Of a stretch of DNA of 64,000 bases, positions 1-10,976 are shown piece by piece. This DNA is from Patescibacteria group bacterium (GTDB lineage Bacteria; Patescibacteriota; Minisyncoccia; Phycocordibacterales; UBA9973). The notes beneath the pieces are model-generated. The model did not search any database, was not told the DNA's origin, and saw only the letters and a program-made list of their open reading frames with translations. The stretch spans positions 83,179-147,178 of the forward strand of contig JBBTUV010000003.1 of assembly GCA_038063535.1 (NCBI GenBank), given 5' to 3'. The stretch's first letter is position 1. Each line of letters begins with the position of its first letter. The position numbers and the translations under genes were made by a program.

Positions 1-1644
1 GCAGTCCGCATGCAGATCCCAATCGGCCTTGAAGAAAAGTTCGAAGGCGTTGTCGACCTCTTGCGCATGAAGGCCTATTACTTTGAGGGCGAGATGGGCA
101 ATCAAGTGGTAGAGAAAGAAATTCCGGCGGAGCTCAAAATCGATGCAGATAAATATCACCATGAATTGGTGGAGAAAATTGTCGAGACTGATGATATGCT
201 CATGACCGAATATCTCGAAGGCATGGTTCCAAATATTGAAACCTTGAAAAAGACCCTTCGAAAGGCAGTTATCGCCAACATTATTTTCCCTGTCTACACC
301 GGCTCGGCGCTCAAGAACAAAGGTGTGCAACTCGTACTCGATGCGGTAGTAGACTACTTGCCATCACCGATCGATATTCCCGCGATTAAGGGAATTAATC
401 CTGATACAGAAGAACACATAGAGAAACATGCTTCGGATGCTGAACCTTTTGCCGCGCTTGCATTCAAAGTCGCAACTGACCCTTTCGTGGGACAGCTCAT
501 TTTCTTCCGCGTCTATTCGGGAACGCTTGCCGCTGGTAGTTATATTTACAATCCGCGCACCCGCAACAAAGAACGAATTGGCCGCATTCTGCGCATGCAT
601 GCCAACGATCGCGAAGAAGTGAAGAAAGTTTTTGCCGGAGAGATCGCCGCGGCGGTGGGGCTCAAGGACACCATCACCTCCGACACACTTTGTGACGAAA
701 ATAATCCCGTTGAGCTTGACCGAATTGTTTTCCCAGAGCCGGTGATATCGCTTCGCATCGAACCCAAGACCAAGGCCGATCAGGAGAAAATGGGCATGGC
801 CCTTAATCGCCTGGCGCAGGAAGATCCGACTTTCCGTGTCTCGACTGACCAGGAAACTGGAGAGACGATTATCGCCGGCATGGGCGAGCTACATCTCGAG
901 ATTATAGTTGACCGGATGAAGCGAGAATTCACGGTGGAGGCTAATGTCGGCAAACCACAGGTCGCCTACCGCGAGACTATTACCGCGCCGGCTGAAGCCG
1001 AAGGCAAATATATCAAGCAGACCGGCGGCCGCGGCAACTACGGACATGTCAGGATCAAGGTAAAGCCGATGGAAGCGCTTTCCAAGGAGGAGCTGGAAGA
1101 CCTACCGAAGAATACAAAGCGCTCGCAAGGTTTTGAATTCGTAAACTCGATCAAAGGGGGAGTAATACCGCTTGAGTACATTCCCGCCTGCGAGAAAGGT
1201 TTCAAAGAAGGGCTCGACCGCGGGGTTGTGGCCGGATTTAAATTGGTGAACATCTCCGTCGATCTCTGGGACGGCTCATACCACGAAGTAGACTCGAATG
1301 AGATGGCTTTCAAGATCGCCGCCTCGATGGCGGTGCAGGACGCTTGTAAGGTCGCAAAGCCGGTAATCTTAGAGCCGATGATGAAAGTGGAAGTGGTGAC
1401 GCCGGATAAATTTATGGGCGACATTACGGGGAATCTATCCTCCAAACGCGGCCTCATCGAAGGCATGGAAGACCGCGGCATGAACAAAGTCGTCCGTGCC
1501 ATTGTTCCGCTCTCCGAAATGTTCGGCTACATGACCGGCCTGCGCTCCATGACCGAAGGCCGTGCTTCTTTCAATATGGAATTCGTCCGCTACGACATTG
1601 TCCCAAATAATGTGGCGGAAACCATAATCTCCTCTAGAAAGTAG
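1..1644 (+). CDS. fusA: Elongation factor G, 5'-truncated by window edge
   Basis: [29 protein letters not shown] motifs; frame open to position 1. Confidence 0.98.
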   Translation, partial: AVRMQIPIGLEEKFEGVVDLLRMKAYYFEGEMGNQVVEKEIPAELKIDADKYHHELVEKIVETDDMLMTEYLEGMVPNIETLKKTLRKAVIANIIFPVYTGSALKNKGVQLVLDAVVDYLPSPIDIPAIKGINPDTEEHIEKHASDAEPFAALAFKVATDPFVGQLIFFRVYSGTLAAGSYIYNPRTRNKERIGRILRMHANDREEVKKVFAGEIAAAVGLKDTITSDTLCDENNPVELDRIVFPEPVISLRIEPKTKADQEKMGMALNRLAQEDPTFRVSTDQETGETIIAGMGELHLEIIVDRMKREFTVEANVGKPQVAYRETITAPAEAEGKYIKQTGGRGNYGHVRIKVKPMEALSKEELEDLPKNTKRSQGFEFVNSIKGGVIPLEYIPACEKGFKEGLDRGVVAGFKLVNISVDLWDGSYHEVDSNEMAFKIAASMAVQDACKVAKPVILEPMMKVEVVTPDKFMGDITGNLSSKRGLIEGMEDRGMNKVVRAIVPLSEMFGYMTGLRSMTEGRASFNMEFVRYDIVPNNVAETIISSRK

Positions 1645-1700
1645 GCGACGAGTTTTCCACACTTGCATCATTTCAAAAAGGTGATACCATTCCACCTAAT

Positions 1701-2930
1701 GTGCCAACGATTGAAGGTAACCTAGTAACAACTCAAAAGGTATTCCGCGGAAGGGTAGAAATCGATCAGAGCGGAACCATCTCGAAAATCGGCGTCCCGA
1801 GCGGGGACGCCGATTTTGTTTTTGGTGAGGAGCTCATTTTTCCCGGATTCGTCGATTTGCACGTCCATGCCCGCGAGTGCGCCGACCATTCTCAGGACTA
1901 TAAAGAAGATTTCCAGAGCGCCGGAGCTGCCGCGATAGCGGGAGGCGTGACTGCTTTTGCGGACATGCCCAACAACCCAACTCCGCCTGTAGATGATGCG
2001 AGCTATAAAACCAAAGCCAAACTTGCCGAAAAATCGTCCGTTCCGGTTCTCTGCTATGCCGGCATTGGAGCAAACACGCAACCCCTAAAGAAAAAAGTTC
2101 CTTATAAGGTTTTCATGGGGCCCTCCGTCGGAGAGCTTTTTTTTAATTCTGACGAAGAGCTCGAGAGAAGAGTTATGCTCTACACTGGGCAAAGCGTAAG
2201 TTTCCACTGCGAGGATCCCGAGATAATTCATGAGAAATCTCACGAGATAACTCATGAGGCGCGCCGACCCAAAGAAGCAGAAGTAGTGGCAGTGGCTTTC
2301 GCACTCGAACTTATAAAAAAATACAAATTGAAGGGTAAAATTTGCCATTGTTCGACCATCGAAGGAATCAGAAAAATTGCCGAAGCCAGGCGCTGGGGCA
2401 TGAACGTTTCTGTTGAAGTCACTCCGCACCATCTCTTCTTCGATGAGACTATATTAAATGAAAAAAACCGTAAGATGTTCCAAGTAAATCCGCCCATCAG
2501 GCAGACTAAGGAGAACAGGCTAGCGATGATCGAAGTACTCCGGGCCGGGGATATAGATTATCTTGCCACCGACCACGCCCCTCATACCCTTGAAGAAAAA
2601 GAAAAAGGTACTTCTGGACTTCCCCACCTTGATACTTACGGTTCTTTCACCACTTGGCTCATGGCCGAGCACAATTTCACACCGGAAGACATTGCTCGAG
2701 TTTCCTCCCGCAATCCAGGAGGATTTTTTAACGAGTTTTCGGAAGAGAAGTGTGGGGAAATAAAAGAGGGCTATACAGGTTCGCTAACCGTCATAAATTT
2801 GAATAAGAAGTTAAAAGTTGAAAAAGAAAAGTTAAAGACCAAGTGCGGCTGGTCGCCGTTTGAAGGAGTGACTTTCCCCGGGAGCGTAGTTATGACTGTG
2901 GTCGGGGGTAAAATTTATGCAAAAAGCTAG
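1701..2930 (+). CDS. pyrC: Dihydroorotase (amidohydrolase family)
   Basis: DLHVHARE, DMPN, ATDHAPH, KCGWSPFEG; first gene of pyr cluster. Confidence 0.93.
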   Translation: MPTIEGNLVTTQKVFRGRVEIDQSGTISKIGVPSGDADFVFGEELIFPGFVDLHVHARECADHSQDYKEDFQSAGAAAIAGGVTAFADMPNNPTPPVDDASYKTKAKLAEKSSVPVLCYAGIGANTQPLKKKVPYKVFMGPSVGELFFNSDEELERRVMLYTGQSVSFHCEDPEIIHEKSHEITHEARRPKEAEVVAVAFALELIKKYKLKGKICHCSTIEGIRKIAEARRWGMNVSVEVTPHHLFFDETILNEKNRKMFQVNPPIRQTKENRLAMIEVLRAGDIDYLATDHAPHTLEEKEKGTSGLPHLDTYGSFTTWLMAEHNFTPEDIARVSSRNPGGFFNEFSEEKCGEIKEGYTGSLTVINLNKKLKVEKEKLKTKCGWSPFEGVTFPGSVVMTVVGGKIYAKS

Positions 2931-3963
2931 ACTAACACTTAAAGACGGGAGTTCATACGAGGGCATAAGCTTCGGGGCGAGTAGATCCATGGCTGGTGAG
3001 GTAGTCTTTGCAACCGGCATGGTCGGCTACCCGGAGGCGCTCACTGACCCCTCTTTCGCTGGACAGATTTTAGTCCTCACGTATCCCTTGGTCGGGAATT
3101 ACGGCGTGCCGGATGAAAAATTTTGGGAATCGGAGAAAATCCAGGTGGCAGGATTGGTAGTCTCTAATTATATAGATACTCCTTCGCACTGGCAGAGTAA
3201 AATGACTCTGGCCAAATGGTTCCAGAGCGAGAACCTGCCGCTCCTTGAGATCAAAGACACTCGCGGACTCACGCAAAAACTGCGAAGCCAGGGCGTGATG
3301 CTCGGGAAGATCGAGACTGGAAAAAAAATAAACTTTGAAGACCCGAATAAGAGAAACCTGGTCGCGGAAGTTTCGAGGAGAGAAGTTACTCAAGCCGGCG
3401 CAGGTAAAACGACCGTAATTCTCGTTGACTGCGGAGCAAAACGAAATATAGAAAGGAGGCTTGAAGAACGAGGCCTTCGAGTTGTAACGGTGCCTTGGGA
3501 TACCGATCTTGAAAAATTAGATTTCTCGTATAAAGCGGTAGTAATTTCAAACGGTCCCGGTGATCCGAAGATGGCGAGACGCACCGTCGCCAACGTTAAG
3601 AAAATTATGGGCAAAGTTCCGATTCTGGGTATATGTCTGGGCAACCAGATACTTGCGCTTGCTGCCGGCGGGAGCACTTACAAACTCAAATTCGGTCACC
3701 GGAGCCAAAACCAACCAGTCGTCCTCTCCGGCTCGAAGAAATGTTACTTAACGACGCAGAATCACGGTTTTGCTGTCGGGAAAATTCCGCGCAGTTTTCG
3801 TGAATGGTTTCGAAATGCCAATGACGGTACGAACGAGGGGGTTATCCACGAACGTCTGCCCATAATGTCCGTTCAGTTTCATCCGGAATCGTCGCCCGGG
3901 CCGCTCGACACCGACTGGATATTCGATTATTTCCTTAAGCGCGCCAAAATACAAAAGAAATGA
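2917..3963 (+). CDS. carA: Carbamoyl-phosphate synthase small subunit
   Basis: GEVVFATGMVGY, SNGPGDP, GICLG, QFHPE. Confidence 0.97.
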   Translation: MQKARLTLKDGSSYEGISFGASRSMAGEVVFATGMVGYPEALTDPSFAGQILVLTYPLVGNYGVPDEKFWESEKIQVAGLVVSNYIDTPSHWQSKMTLAKWFQSENLPLLEIKDTRGLTQKLRSQGVMLGKIETGKKINFEDPNKRNLVAEVSRREVTQAGAGKTTVILVDCGAKRNIERRLEERGLRVVTVPWDTDLEKLDFSYKAVVISNGPGDPKMARRTVANVKKIMGKVPILGICLGNQILALAAGGSTYKLKFGHRSQNQPVVLSGSKKCYLTTQNHGFAVGKIPRSFREWFRNANDGTNEGVIHERLPIMSVQFHPESSPGPLDTDWIFDYFLKRAKIQKK

Positions 3964-6900
3964 GCAAGTACAAAAAAATTTTGGTTCTAGGCTCTGGCGC
4001 GCTCAAGATCGGAGAAGCCGGCGAGTTCGATTACTCGGGGAGCCAGTGCGTGAAGGCACTTAGAGAAGAAGGAATAAAAGTTGTGCTCGTAAATCCGAAC
4101 ATCGCCACTTACCAGACCTCAAAAGGCCTTGCGGATGAAGTTTACTTCTTGCCGGTGAGTTATTATTTTGTCAAAAGAGTCATTATAAAAGAACGACCGG
4201 ATGCCATCATGCTCTCCTTCGGCGGGCAGACGGCGCTCAACTGCGGGCTTGAGCTCGAGGAGCGCGGGATTTTGAAAAAATACAGTGTCGAGGTTCTAGG
4301 CTCACCGACTTCCGCTATTCGCTTGACCGAGGACCGCGAACTTTTCGCAAGGCACCTAAAAAAGATCGGTCTTCCTATTCCACCCTCCGGTTCTGCGACG
4401 ACATATCACCGAGCAAAAAAAGTAGCAAAGAAAATCGGCTACCCTCTCATGATTAGGGCGGCATATGCCTTGGGGGGACAGAAGTCAGGCGTCGCCGAGA
4501 ACGATGCGGAATTCAAAGAGATAGTCGCGGGGGCCCTCGCTATCTCGCCGCAAATCCTCATCGAGAAATATCTTCACCACTATAAAGAAGTCGAGTACGA
4601 AGTGGTGCGGGACAGGTTCGGCAATATTGTCACCGTCTGCAATATGGAAAATCTCGATCCGCTCGGGATCCACACCGGCGACTCGATCGTGATCGCTCCT
4701 TCTCAGACGCTCACCAACCGCGAATATCACGGCCTGCGCGAAGCCAGCCGAAAAATTGTCGAGAGTTTGGGCATTGTGGGGGAATGTAATGTGCAGTATG
4801 CACTCAACCCGCGCCCAAAGAAGGATGAGCTCGAATATTACGTCATTGAGGTAAACGCTCGGCTCTCGCGCTCCTCGGCGCTCGCCTCGAAGGCGACCGG
4901 TTATCCGCTCGCTTACGTTGCCGCCAAGCTTGCTCTCGGAAAAAGCATGCTTGAAGTAAAAAATAAGATCACTGAAGTCACCCAAAGCTTTTTCGAACCG
5001 GCGCTCGACTATGTCACGGTCAAAATACCGCGCTGGGATCTTGAGAAATTCAGGGGGGCAGAAGAGAAGATAGGAAGCGCGATGAAATCAGTGGGGGAAG
5101 TGATGGCAATCGGTAGAACTTTCGAAGAAGCGCTTGAAAAGGCGGTCCGCATGCAAGGCGGGCAAGGTGAGAGTGTCACCTCAAATGGTTTTAAGGATAG
5201 AGGAGAAATAAAAAAATTCCTGTCCTTCCCGAGTCCGAAGAGAATCTTTGCTGTTGCCGCGAGCCTGGCGGCAGGCGAGAAAATAGAAAAAATTTACAAA
5301 ATGACAGGGATCGATCCGTGGTTTCTCTATCGAATAAAAAATATTGTTGATCTCGAGAGGAGATTTAGGAAAAACCGGAAGCTAGAAAAAGAGGCAATGC
5401 TTGAATTAAAACAAAACGGCTTTTCGGACAAAAAGATAGGAAAAATCATCGGCACTACGGAATTCAAAATTCGCGCCCTTCGCAAAAAGCTCGGCGTTCT
5501 CCCGTCAGTCTTCGCCATTGATACGCTTGCCGGCGAAGTGCCCGCGAAGACGAACTATCTTTATCTCACATACAACGGCGCTCACTCGGACGTTGCCCCG
5601 CTTGGCAAGGATGCGATACTCGTCCTCGGGAGCGGCCCTTATCATATCGGCTCTTCGGTTGAGTTCGACTGGTCGGCGGTGAACGCCGCCCTCGCGCTCA
5701 AACGCCACGGCAAGCGCTCGGTCGTCATTAACTGCAATCCCGAGACTGTCTCGACCGATTACGACATGTCCGACAGGCTATATTTCGAGAATCTTTCCTT
5801 CGAGACGGTGTCCGATATTATGGAGTTCGAGCGAGGCGGAGGCGTCATTATTTCGGTCGGCGGCCAGCGGCCGAATAATCTTGCGAAAAAGCTCGATCGC
5901 GAAGGATTCAATATTCTTGGAACGCGCGCTTCCGACATCGATCGTGCGGAGGACCGTAATCTCTTCTCGGCGCTTTTGGATAAACTTCAGATTGACCAGC
6001 CGAAGTGGAGAAGTTTTACTCATATGAAAGACGCGTTAAAATTTTCCATTGAAGTCGGTTTCCCGGTACTTGTGCGGCCGTCTTATGTTCTCTCCGGCGC
6101 CGCCATGAGCGTCTGCTATAACCGGCGGGAACTAGAGGAATTTGTGAGCAAAGCGGCAGTACTTTCTCCGGAATACCCGGTGACTATCTCCAAATATATC
6201 GAAAACGCCAAGGAGCTTGAATTTGACGCGGTCGCCGAAGAGGGCGAACTGATAATTTATGGAATCTCCGAACACGTAGAGAATGCCGGGGTCCACTCGG
6301 GAGATGCAACGATAGTTTTTCCGACTCAAAGAGTTTACGCTTCGACCGAGCGGCAGCTTCGCGAAATCGCAAAGTTAATTTCCAAAGAGTTAAACATTAC
6401 CGGCCCCTTCAATATACAATTTTTAGTCAAAGACAACCGGCCGTATGTGATCGAAGTGAACCTCCGGGCGAGCCGCACCTTCCCGCTCCTCTCCAAGGCT
6501 ATGGATGCTAATTTCCCGAGCATAGCGGTGGATGCGTTCTTTGGACGCGCGGAACGGAAGAAATACAAACTTCCGAGCTCGGTCGTTGTGAAGTCCCCGC
6601 AGTTTTCGTTCTCCAGGCTTTTGGGCGCCGACCCGGTGCTTCGCGTTGAGATGGCCTCGACCGGCGAAGTGGCGGCTTTTGGGCACGATTACGATGAGGC
6701 GCTCTTGAAGGCGGTGCTTTCTTCCAACAGATTTTACTTCAACAACAAATCGGTTCTGCTCTCGCTCGGCGGTACGGTCAATAAGGCAAAGTTTCTCGAA
6801 GCGGCGAAAATTCTCCGCTCACTCGGTTACAAGATCTTCGCGACTGACACAACAGCAAAATACTTGGATGAGCAGGGTATACAATGCAAAATGGTCCGGA

Positions 6901-7172
6901 AGGCTTATGAAGAATCACCAAACGCGCTGGATATTGTTAGCAAGAAGAAAGTGGGTTTTGTGGTAAATTTAAGTAAGGATGAAACCGAAAGGGCTACTGG
7001 TGGGGCCAAGCGGCGGATTACCGATGGCTTCCGCATACGCCGAGCGACTGTCGACAATCAGATACCGCTCTTCACCGATCTGCACCTCGCGCGGGCTTTC
7101 ATCAAAGCCCTCGGCCGCTACAACATCAAGGATTTGGAAATTAAATCTTATAAAGAATATTTAGATGCCTAA
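3960..7172 (+). CDS. carB: Carbamoyl-phosphate synthase large subunit
   Basis: GEAGEFDYSG, duplicated ATP-grasp (IEVNARLSRSS / IEVNLRASRT), C-terminal MGS-like domain. Confidence 0.98.
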   Translation: MSKYKKILVLGSGALKIGEAGEFDYSGSQCVKALREEGIKVVLVNPNIATYQTSKGLADEVYFLPVSYYFVKRVIIKERPDAIMLSFGGQTALNCGLELEERGILKKYSVEVLGSPTSAIRLTEDRELFARHLKKIGLPIPPSGSATTYHRAKKVAKKIGYPLMIRAAYALGGQKSGVAENDAEFKEIVAGALAISPQILIEKYLHHYKEVEYEVVRDRFGNIVTVCNMENLDPLGIHTGDSIVIAPSQTLTNREYHGLREASRKIVESLGIVGECNVQYALNPRPKKDELEYYVIEVNARLSRSSALASKATGYPLAYVAAKLALGKSMLEVKNKITEVTQSFFEPALDYVTVKIPRWDLEKFRGAEEKIGSAMKSVGEVMAIGRTFEEALEKAVRMQGGQGESVTSNGFKDRGEIKKFLSFPSPKRIFAVAASLAAGEKIEKIYKMTGIDPWFLYRIKNIVDLERRFRKNRKLEKEAMLELKQNGFSDKKIGKIIGTTEFKIRALRKKLGVLPSVFAIDTLAGEVPAKTNYLYLTYNGAHSDVAPLGKDAILVLGSGPYHIGSSVEFDWSAVNAALALKRHGKRSVVINCNPETVSTDYDMSDRLYFENLSFETVSDIMEFERGGGVIISVGGQRPNNLAKKLDREGFNILGTRASDIDRAEDRNLFSALLDKLQIDQPKWRSFTHMKDALKFSIEVGFPVLVRPSYVLSGAAMSVCYNRRELEEFVSKAAVLSPEYPVTISKYIENAKELEFDAVAEEGELIIYGISEHVENAGVHSGDATIVFPTQRVYASTERQLREIAKLISKELNITGPFNIQFLVKDNRPYVIEVNLRASRTFPLLSKAMDANFPSIAVDAFFGRAERKKYKLPSSVVVKSPQFSFSRLLGADPVLRVEMASTGEVAAFGHDYDEALLKAVLSSNRFYFNNKSVLLSLGGTVNKAKFLEAAKILRSLGYKIFATDTTAKYLDEQGIQCKMVRKAYEESPNALDIVSKKKVGFVVNLSKDETERATGGAKRRITDGFRIRRATVDNQIPLFTDLHLARAFIKALGRYNIKDLEIKSYKEYLDA

Positions 7173-8085
7173 TTTAGTTTCGACCAAAGAATTGAGCCAG
7201 AAAGGCAGAGATGCTATTTTGGCGCTCGCGGAGAAACTGGAGAGAGAATACAAGAAAGGGAAACTCAAAAAGTACCTTGAGGACAAGGTGATCGCCTGCA
7301 TATTCTTCGAGCCCTCCACGCGTACGCGATTATCCTTCGAATCGGCGGCCAAAAGATTGGGCGCGCAAGTTATCTCCACCGAGAACGCAGAGTCGAATTC
7401 CTCCGCATTCAAAGGCGAAAGCATCGAAGACACCGCCCGCATGCTCTCGATCTATGCCGATGCGATCGTCATGCGGCACCGCCAAGCAGGGGCAGCGCAC
7501 GCCGCCGCCGAGGTTTCGGAGAGGCCCATCGTGAATGCCGGCGACGGGGCCAACGAACACCCGACTCAAGCGCTTCAGGATGTATACACGATAAAGAGCC
7601 TCCTGGGGCGGCTTGAGAATTTAAATATCGCTTATGCTGGGGATCTCCTCTATTCGCGGCCGCTCCATTCGATCATGCCGCTATTTTCTACAGAGCAAAA
7701 AAACAATTTCTATTTTATTTCACCGCCGGAATTACGCTTACCTCTAGAATTCAGAAAAGCACTGGAAGGGAGGGGAATTAAATTCACAGAAAGCGAGGAC
7801 TGGCAGAAAATTCTGCCCGAATTCGATGTGCTCTATATGACCCGGGTGCAGAAAGAACGTTTCCCCGATGCCGGGCAATATGAAAAAGTTAAGGACTCGT
7901 TTATTTTAAGATCCGAACATCTGAAAACTATGAAAAAAGATGCGGTCATAATGCACGCGCTTCCGCGAGTGAACGAGATCGAGATTTCGGTCGATACCGA
8001 CCCCCGCGCCGCTTACTTCCGCCAGGCCGAGAACGGCCTCTACGTGCGCATGGCAATATTGCTTTGGTGCTTGGGGATAAAATGA
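7165..8085 (+). CDS. pyrB: Aspartate carbamoyltransferase catalytic subunit
   Basis: FFEPSTRTRLSFE, HPTQAL, MHALPR. Confidence 0.97.
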   Translation: MPNLVSTKELSQKGRDAILALAEKLEREYKKGKLKKYLEDKVIACIFFEPSTRTRLSFESAAKRLGAQVISTENAESNSSAFKGESIEDTARMLSIYADAIVMRHRQAGAAHAAAEVSERPIVNAGDGANEHPTQALQDVYTIKSLLGRLENLNIAYAGDLLYSRPLHSIMPLFSTEQKNNFYFISPPELRLPLEFRKALEGRGIKFTESEDWQKILPEFDVLYMTRVQKERFPDAGQYEKVKDSFILRSEHLKTMKKDAVIMHALPRVNEIEISVDTDPRAAYFRQAENGLYVRMAILLWCLGIK

Positions 8086-9149
8086 GCAAAATGAACTTGC
8101 CTTTCTACGATCCGACAAAAACCTACGAAGAAAATTATACGGATGGCCCGTTTGGAGTTTTCTCTGACAGGCAAATTTGTGCAACATCGGATGTTGCACA
8201 GAATGATTTTCTCGGAATAAAAGTAAATTCGCTCTTCGGAATACCCGCAGGACCACTAATCAACAGCAATTTCTGTGGGGCGGCATTCGAGAAAGGCTTC
8301 GATATTTGCGTATACAAAACCGTTCGCTCGGGAGTATATCCTTGCCATCCTTTTCCTAATGTCCTTGCAGTGAAAGTGGCGGGTGAGCTTCACTACGGAG
8401 AGAACAAACTCGTTGGGAATACGGACTACACCGAACCGCTCTCGATCACGAATTCTTTCGGCGTGCCTTCAAGAGACCCAAAAATTTGGCAGGAAGACGT
8501 GAAGCGTGCGATCTCTTATGCGCAGAAGGGGCAAGTACTTGTGCTTAGCTTCATGGGGACTGTTCGGGAAGAGCAAACTGAAGAAGAATTTATCGAGGAT
8601 CACAGAAAGGCGGCTAGGCTCGCCAAGGAAACCGGCGCGAAAATTCTTGAAGTCAATTTATCCTGCCCAAATATCGGTAACGAAGGCCTCATCTGCTATG
8701 ACCTAGATATTACGGAGAAAATTTGCGAGGCAATAAGGAAAGAAATCGGAGCGACGTCGCTCATACTCAAAGTAGGTTATTATAAGAGCGAGGAGGATTT
8801 GAAAAATTTAGCTGAAATTGCAGAGAAGTACGCGCAGGCAATCGCGGCCATAAACACGATTCCCGCTGAAATTGTGGATGCGGAAGGTAAGCAGGCATTG
8901 CCGGGACCAAATAGAGTTAAGTCAGGTGTCTGCGGAGCATCGATCAAGTGGGCGGGGATTGAGATGACGCGGAAATTAAAAAAAGTTCGAGATGAAATGA
9001 ACGGTAGTTTTAAAATTATCGGGGTCGGGGGCGTCATGCATGCGGACGATTACTTTGAATATCGCGAAGCCGGCGCGGACTTTGTCATGTCCGCCACCGG
9101 CGCGATGTGGAACCCGTATCTGGCAAAAGAAATTAAAGAGCGATTATGA
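8082..9149 (+). CDS. pyrD: Dihydroorotate dehydrogenase-family flavoprotein (divergent)
   Basis: EVNLSCPN, AINT, SGVCG, IIGVGGV; start moved to ATG 8082, which overlaps the pyrB stop (ATGA); operon context. Confidence 0.8.
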   Translation: MSKMNLPFYDPTKTYEENYTDGPFGVFSDRQICATSDVAQNDFLGIKVNSLFGIPAGPLINSNFCGAAFEKGFDICVYKTVRSGVYPCHPFPNVLAVKVAGELHYGENKLVGNTDYTEPLSITNSFGVPSRDPKIWQEDVKRAISYAQKGQVLVLSFMGTVREEQTEEEFIEDHRKAARLAKETGAKILEVNLSCPNIGNEGLICYDLDITEKICEAIRKEIGATSLILKVGYYKSEEDLKNLAEIAEKYAQAIAAINTIPAEIVDAEGKQALPGPNRVKSGVCGASIKWAGIEMTRKLKKVRDEMNGSFKIIGVGGVMHADDYFEYREAGADFVMSATGAMWNPYLAKEIKERL

Positions 9150-9769
9150 GTGAAGTTATTGGGATATTAAAAAAAGTAGGTGCGATAATTACTGATAGCC
9201 ATTTTGTAGGAACTTCAGGTCTTCATTTTGATACGTATATAAATAAGGATGCTCTCTTGCCCCATACTGAAGAAGTGTCGAGGATTTGCCAAATTTTTGC
9301 TGAAAAATACAAAGACGATAATATAGAAGTTGTAGTTTCCCCTGCAGTTGCTGGGATTCCATTTTCCCAATGGACGGCCTACCATTTAACCAAGATTTGT
9401 AAAAAAGAAATTCTAAGCGTGTTTACGGAAAAAACTCCAGAAAACGACCAAATATTTAAACGTGGCTACGAAGAATATGTAAAAGAAAAAAGAGTGCTAA
9501 TCCTAGAAGATTCCACGCAAACGGGAGGATCAGTAATGAAAGTTGTTAAGTCGGTAAAGCAGGCTGGAGGTAAAGTCATCGGCGTATGTGTAATAGTAAA
9601 CAAGGATGCCGAAAAGATTAATGCGAAATCTTTGGGAGTAGCTTTTGATTCTCTGGCCGAACTTCCCGTTCAAACTTACCGGGGGAAAGACTGCCCGCTT
9701 TGCAAAAAGGGTATTCCGATCAATACCGTGGTTGGCCACGGCAAGAAATTTTTGGAAAAGAAAAAATGA
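9146..9769 (+). CDS. pyrE: Orotate phosphoribosyltransferase
   Basis: HFVGTSGLH, PRPP loop VLILEDSTQTGGS, C-terminal CPLC. Confidence 0.9.
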   Translation: MSEVIGILKKVGAIITDSHFVGTSGLHFDTYINKDALLPHTEEVSRICQIFAEKYKDDNIEVVVSPAVAGIPFSQWTAYHLTKICKKEILSVFTEKTPENDQIFKRGYEEYVKEKRVLILEDSTQTGGSVMKVVKSVKQAGGKVIGVCVIVNKDAEKINAKSLGVAFDSLAELPVQTYRGKDCPLCKKGIPINTVVGHGKKFLEKKK

Positions 9770-10443
9770 ATAAAATAATTCTTGCGCTGGATGAAATAAA
9801 AGATTTAGACGAGGCGGTTACCCTTGTTAAAGATGTGGGGCACTTATTTTATGCAGTTAAAATCCATAACCTATATGACCGATTTGGCCCGGAAGCCGTT
9901 CGCAAACTCAAAGAAGCCGGAGCAGAAAAGGTCTGGGTGGATTTTAAACTCTACGATATCTCCAATACCGTGCGGCTGCGAGCCCGCGACATAGAAGCCG
10001 ACATCATTTCTGTCCATGCGTCTGGCGGAGTAAAGATGATGCGGGAAGCAGTCGCTTCCGGCAAAGAAATTTTTGTCATCACCATTCTTACTTCTTTTTC
10101 TCCTCTCGAAGTTAAGCAAATTTACAATAAAGGGGTTGATGAAGCGGTTTTGGTTTTGGCGAGACTCGCCCAAGAGGCCGGAGTTTCTGGCATCGTTTGT
10201 TCCCCAAAAGAAATTAAAATGATTAGAAATAATCCGGAGTTCAAAAATTTAAAAATTATAGTTCCCGGTACTCGCTCTCTGGGTGTCAACGCCAATGATC
10301 AAATGAGAGTCAGTACGCCCGAGGAAGCAATTCACGACGGCGCGGACTACCTAGTAATAGGGCGACAAATTACCCAGGCCGCCGACCCCCACGCCGAAGC
10401 CCAAAAACTCTGCGAAGAAATCAAGAAGTACAAAAATATTTGA
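9766..10443 (+). CDS. pyrF: Orotidine-5'-phosphate decarboxylase
   Basis: ILALD, DFKLYDISNTV, VPGTR, YLVIGR; start ATG 9766 overlaps pyrE stop. Confidence 0.94.
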   Translation: MNKIILALDEIKDLDEAVTLVKDVGHLFYAVKIHNLYDRFGPEAVRKLKEAGAEKVWVDFKLYDISNTVRLRARDIEADIISVHASGGVKMMREAVASGKEIFVITILTSFSPLEVKQIYNKGVDEAVLVLARLAQEAGVSGIVCSPKEIKMIRNNPEFKNLKIIVPGTRSLGVNANDQMRVSTPEEAIHDGADYLVIGRQITQAADPHAEAQKLCEEIKKYKNI

Positions 10444-10455
10444 TATAATATAAAT

Positions 10456-10803
10456 ATGCCAGAACCAAAACCACCACAACCAGGAGAGCGCAACCAAGAA
10501 GGTCCCTTGCCTTTTTCTGTTAAGAATCAAAAAATGAAAGATGCGTTTTCAGCTGTACAGAGTCGTGTAAATAACGGCCCTTATGATCAATTGGAAAATT
10601 TTATGACAGAAATAACTTTACGTGTTGAATACTTAAGGAAAAAATATCCCGATTGGCAAAAACGTGCAGTAGTGCACATTATATCCAGCAGTACCATGGA
10701 TCCCAACTCTGAGGTGACAGAGGAAGACTTTTTGGGAGAAGATTCCGTTGAAGCCTTTATAACTAGTTTACAAAATAAGTATGGTGGTAATCTGTCAATT
10801 TGA
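10456..10803 (+). CDS. Hypothetical protein (115 aa)
   Basis: Clean AT-rich ORF preceded by TGaTATAAT (10441-10449), 6 nt before the ATG. Confidence 0.65.
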   Translation: MPEPKPPQPGERNQEGPLPFSVKNQKMKDAFSAVQSRVNNGPYDQLENFMTEITLRVEYLRKKYPDWQKRAVVHIISSSTMDPNSEVTEEDFLGEDSVEAFITSLQNKYGGNLSI

Positions 10804-10827
10804 CAAAGGCTGTTAATTTGTTAGTAT
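10800..10827 (+). promoter_or_regulatory. Sigma70-type promoter upstream of tuf/S10 operon
   Basis: TTGACA-16 nt-TAGTAT with TG extension. Confidence 0.6.
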
Positions 10828-10976
10828 GTAAATAACTGCACTTTCGCAGTTTTTCTATTGCTTTTTTTCTAAAAAGAAGCCATAGAGCCAATTATTAGTT
10901 ATTAATATCGTTAGTAATTAAGTCTTAGCGACTGGTTCTCGTACGTTAAGTTTTAACTATTAGCACAAAAATTATT

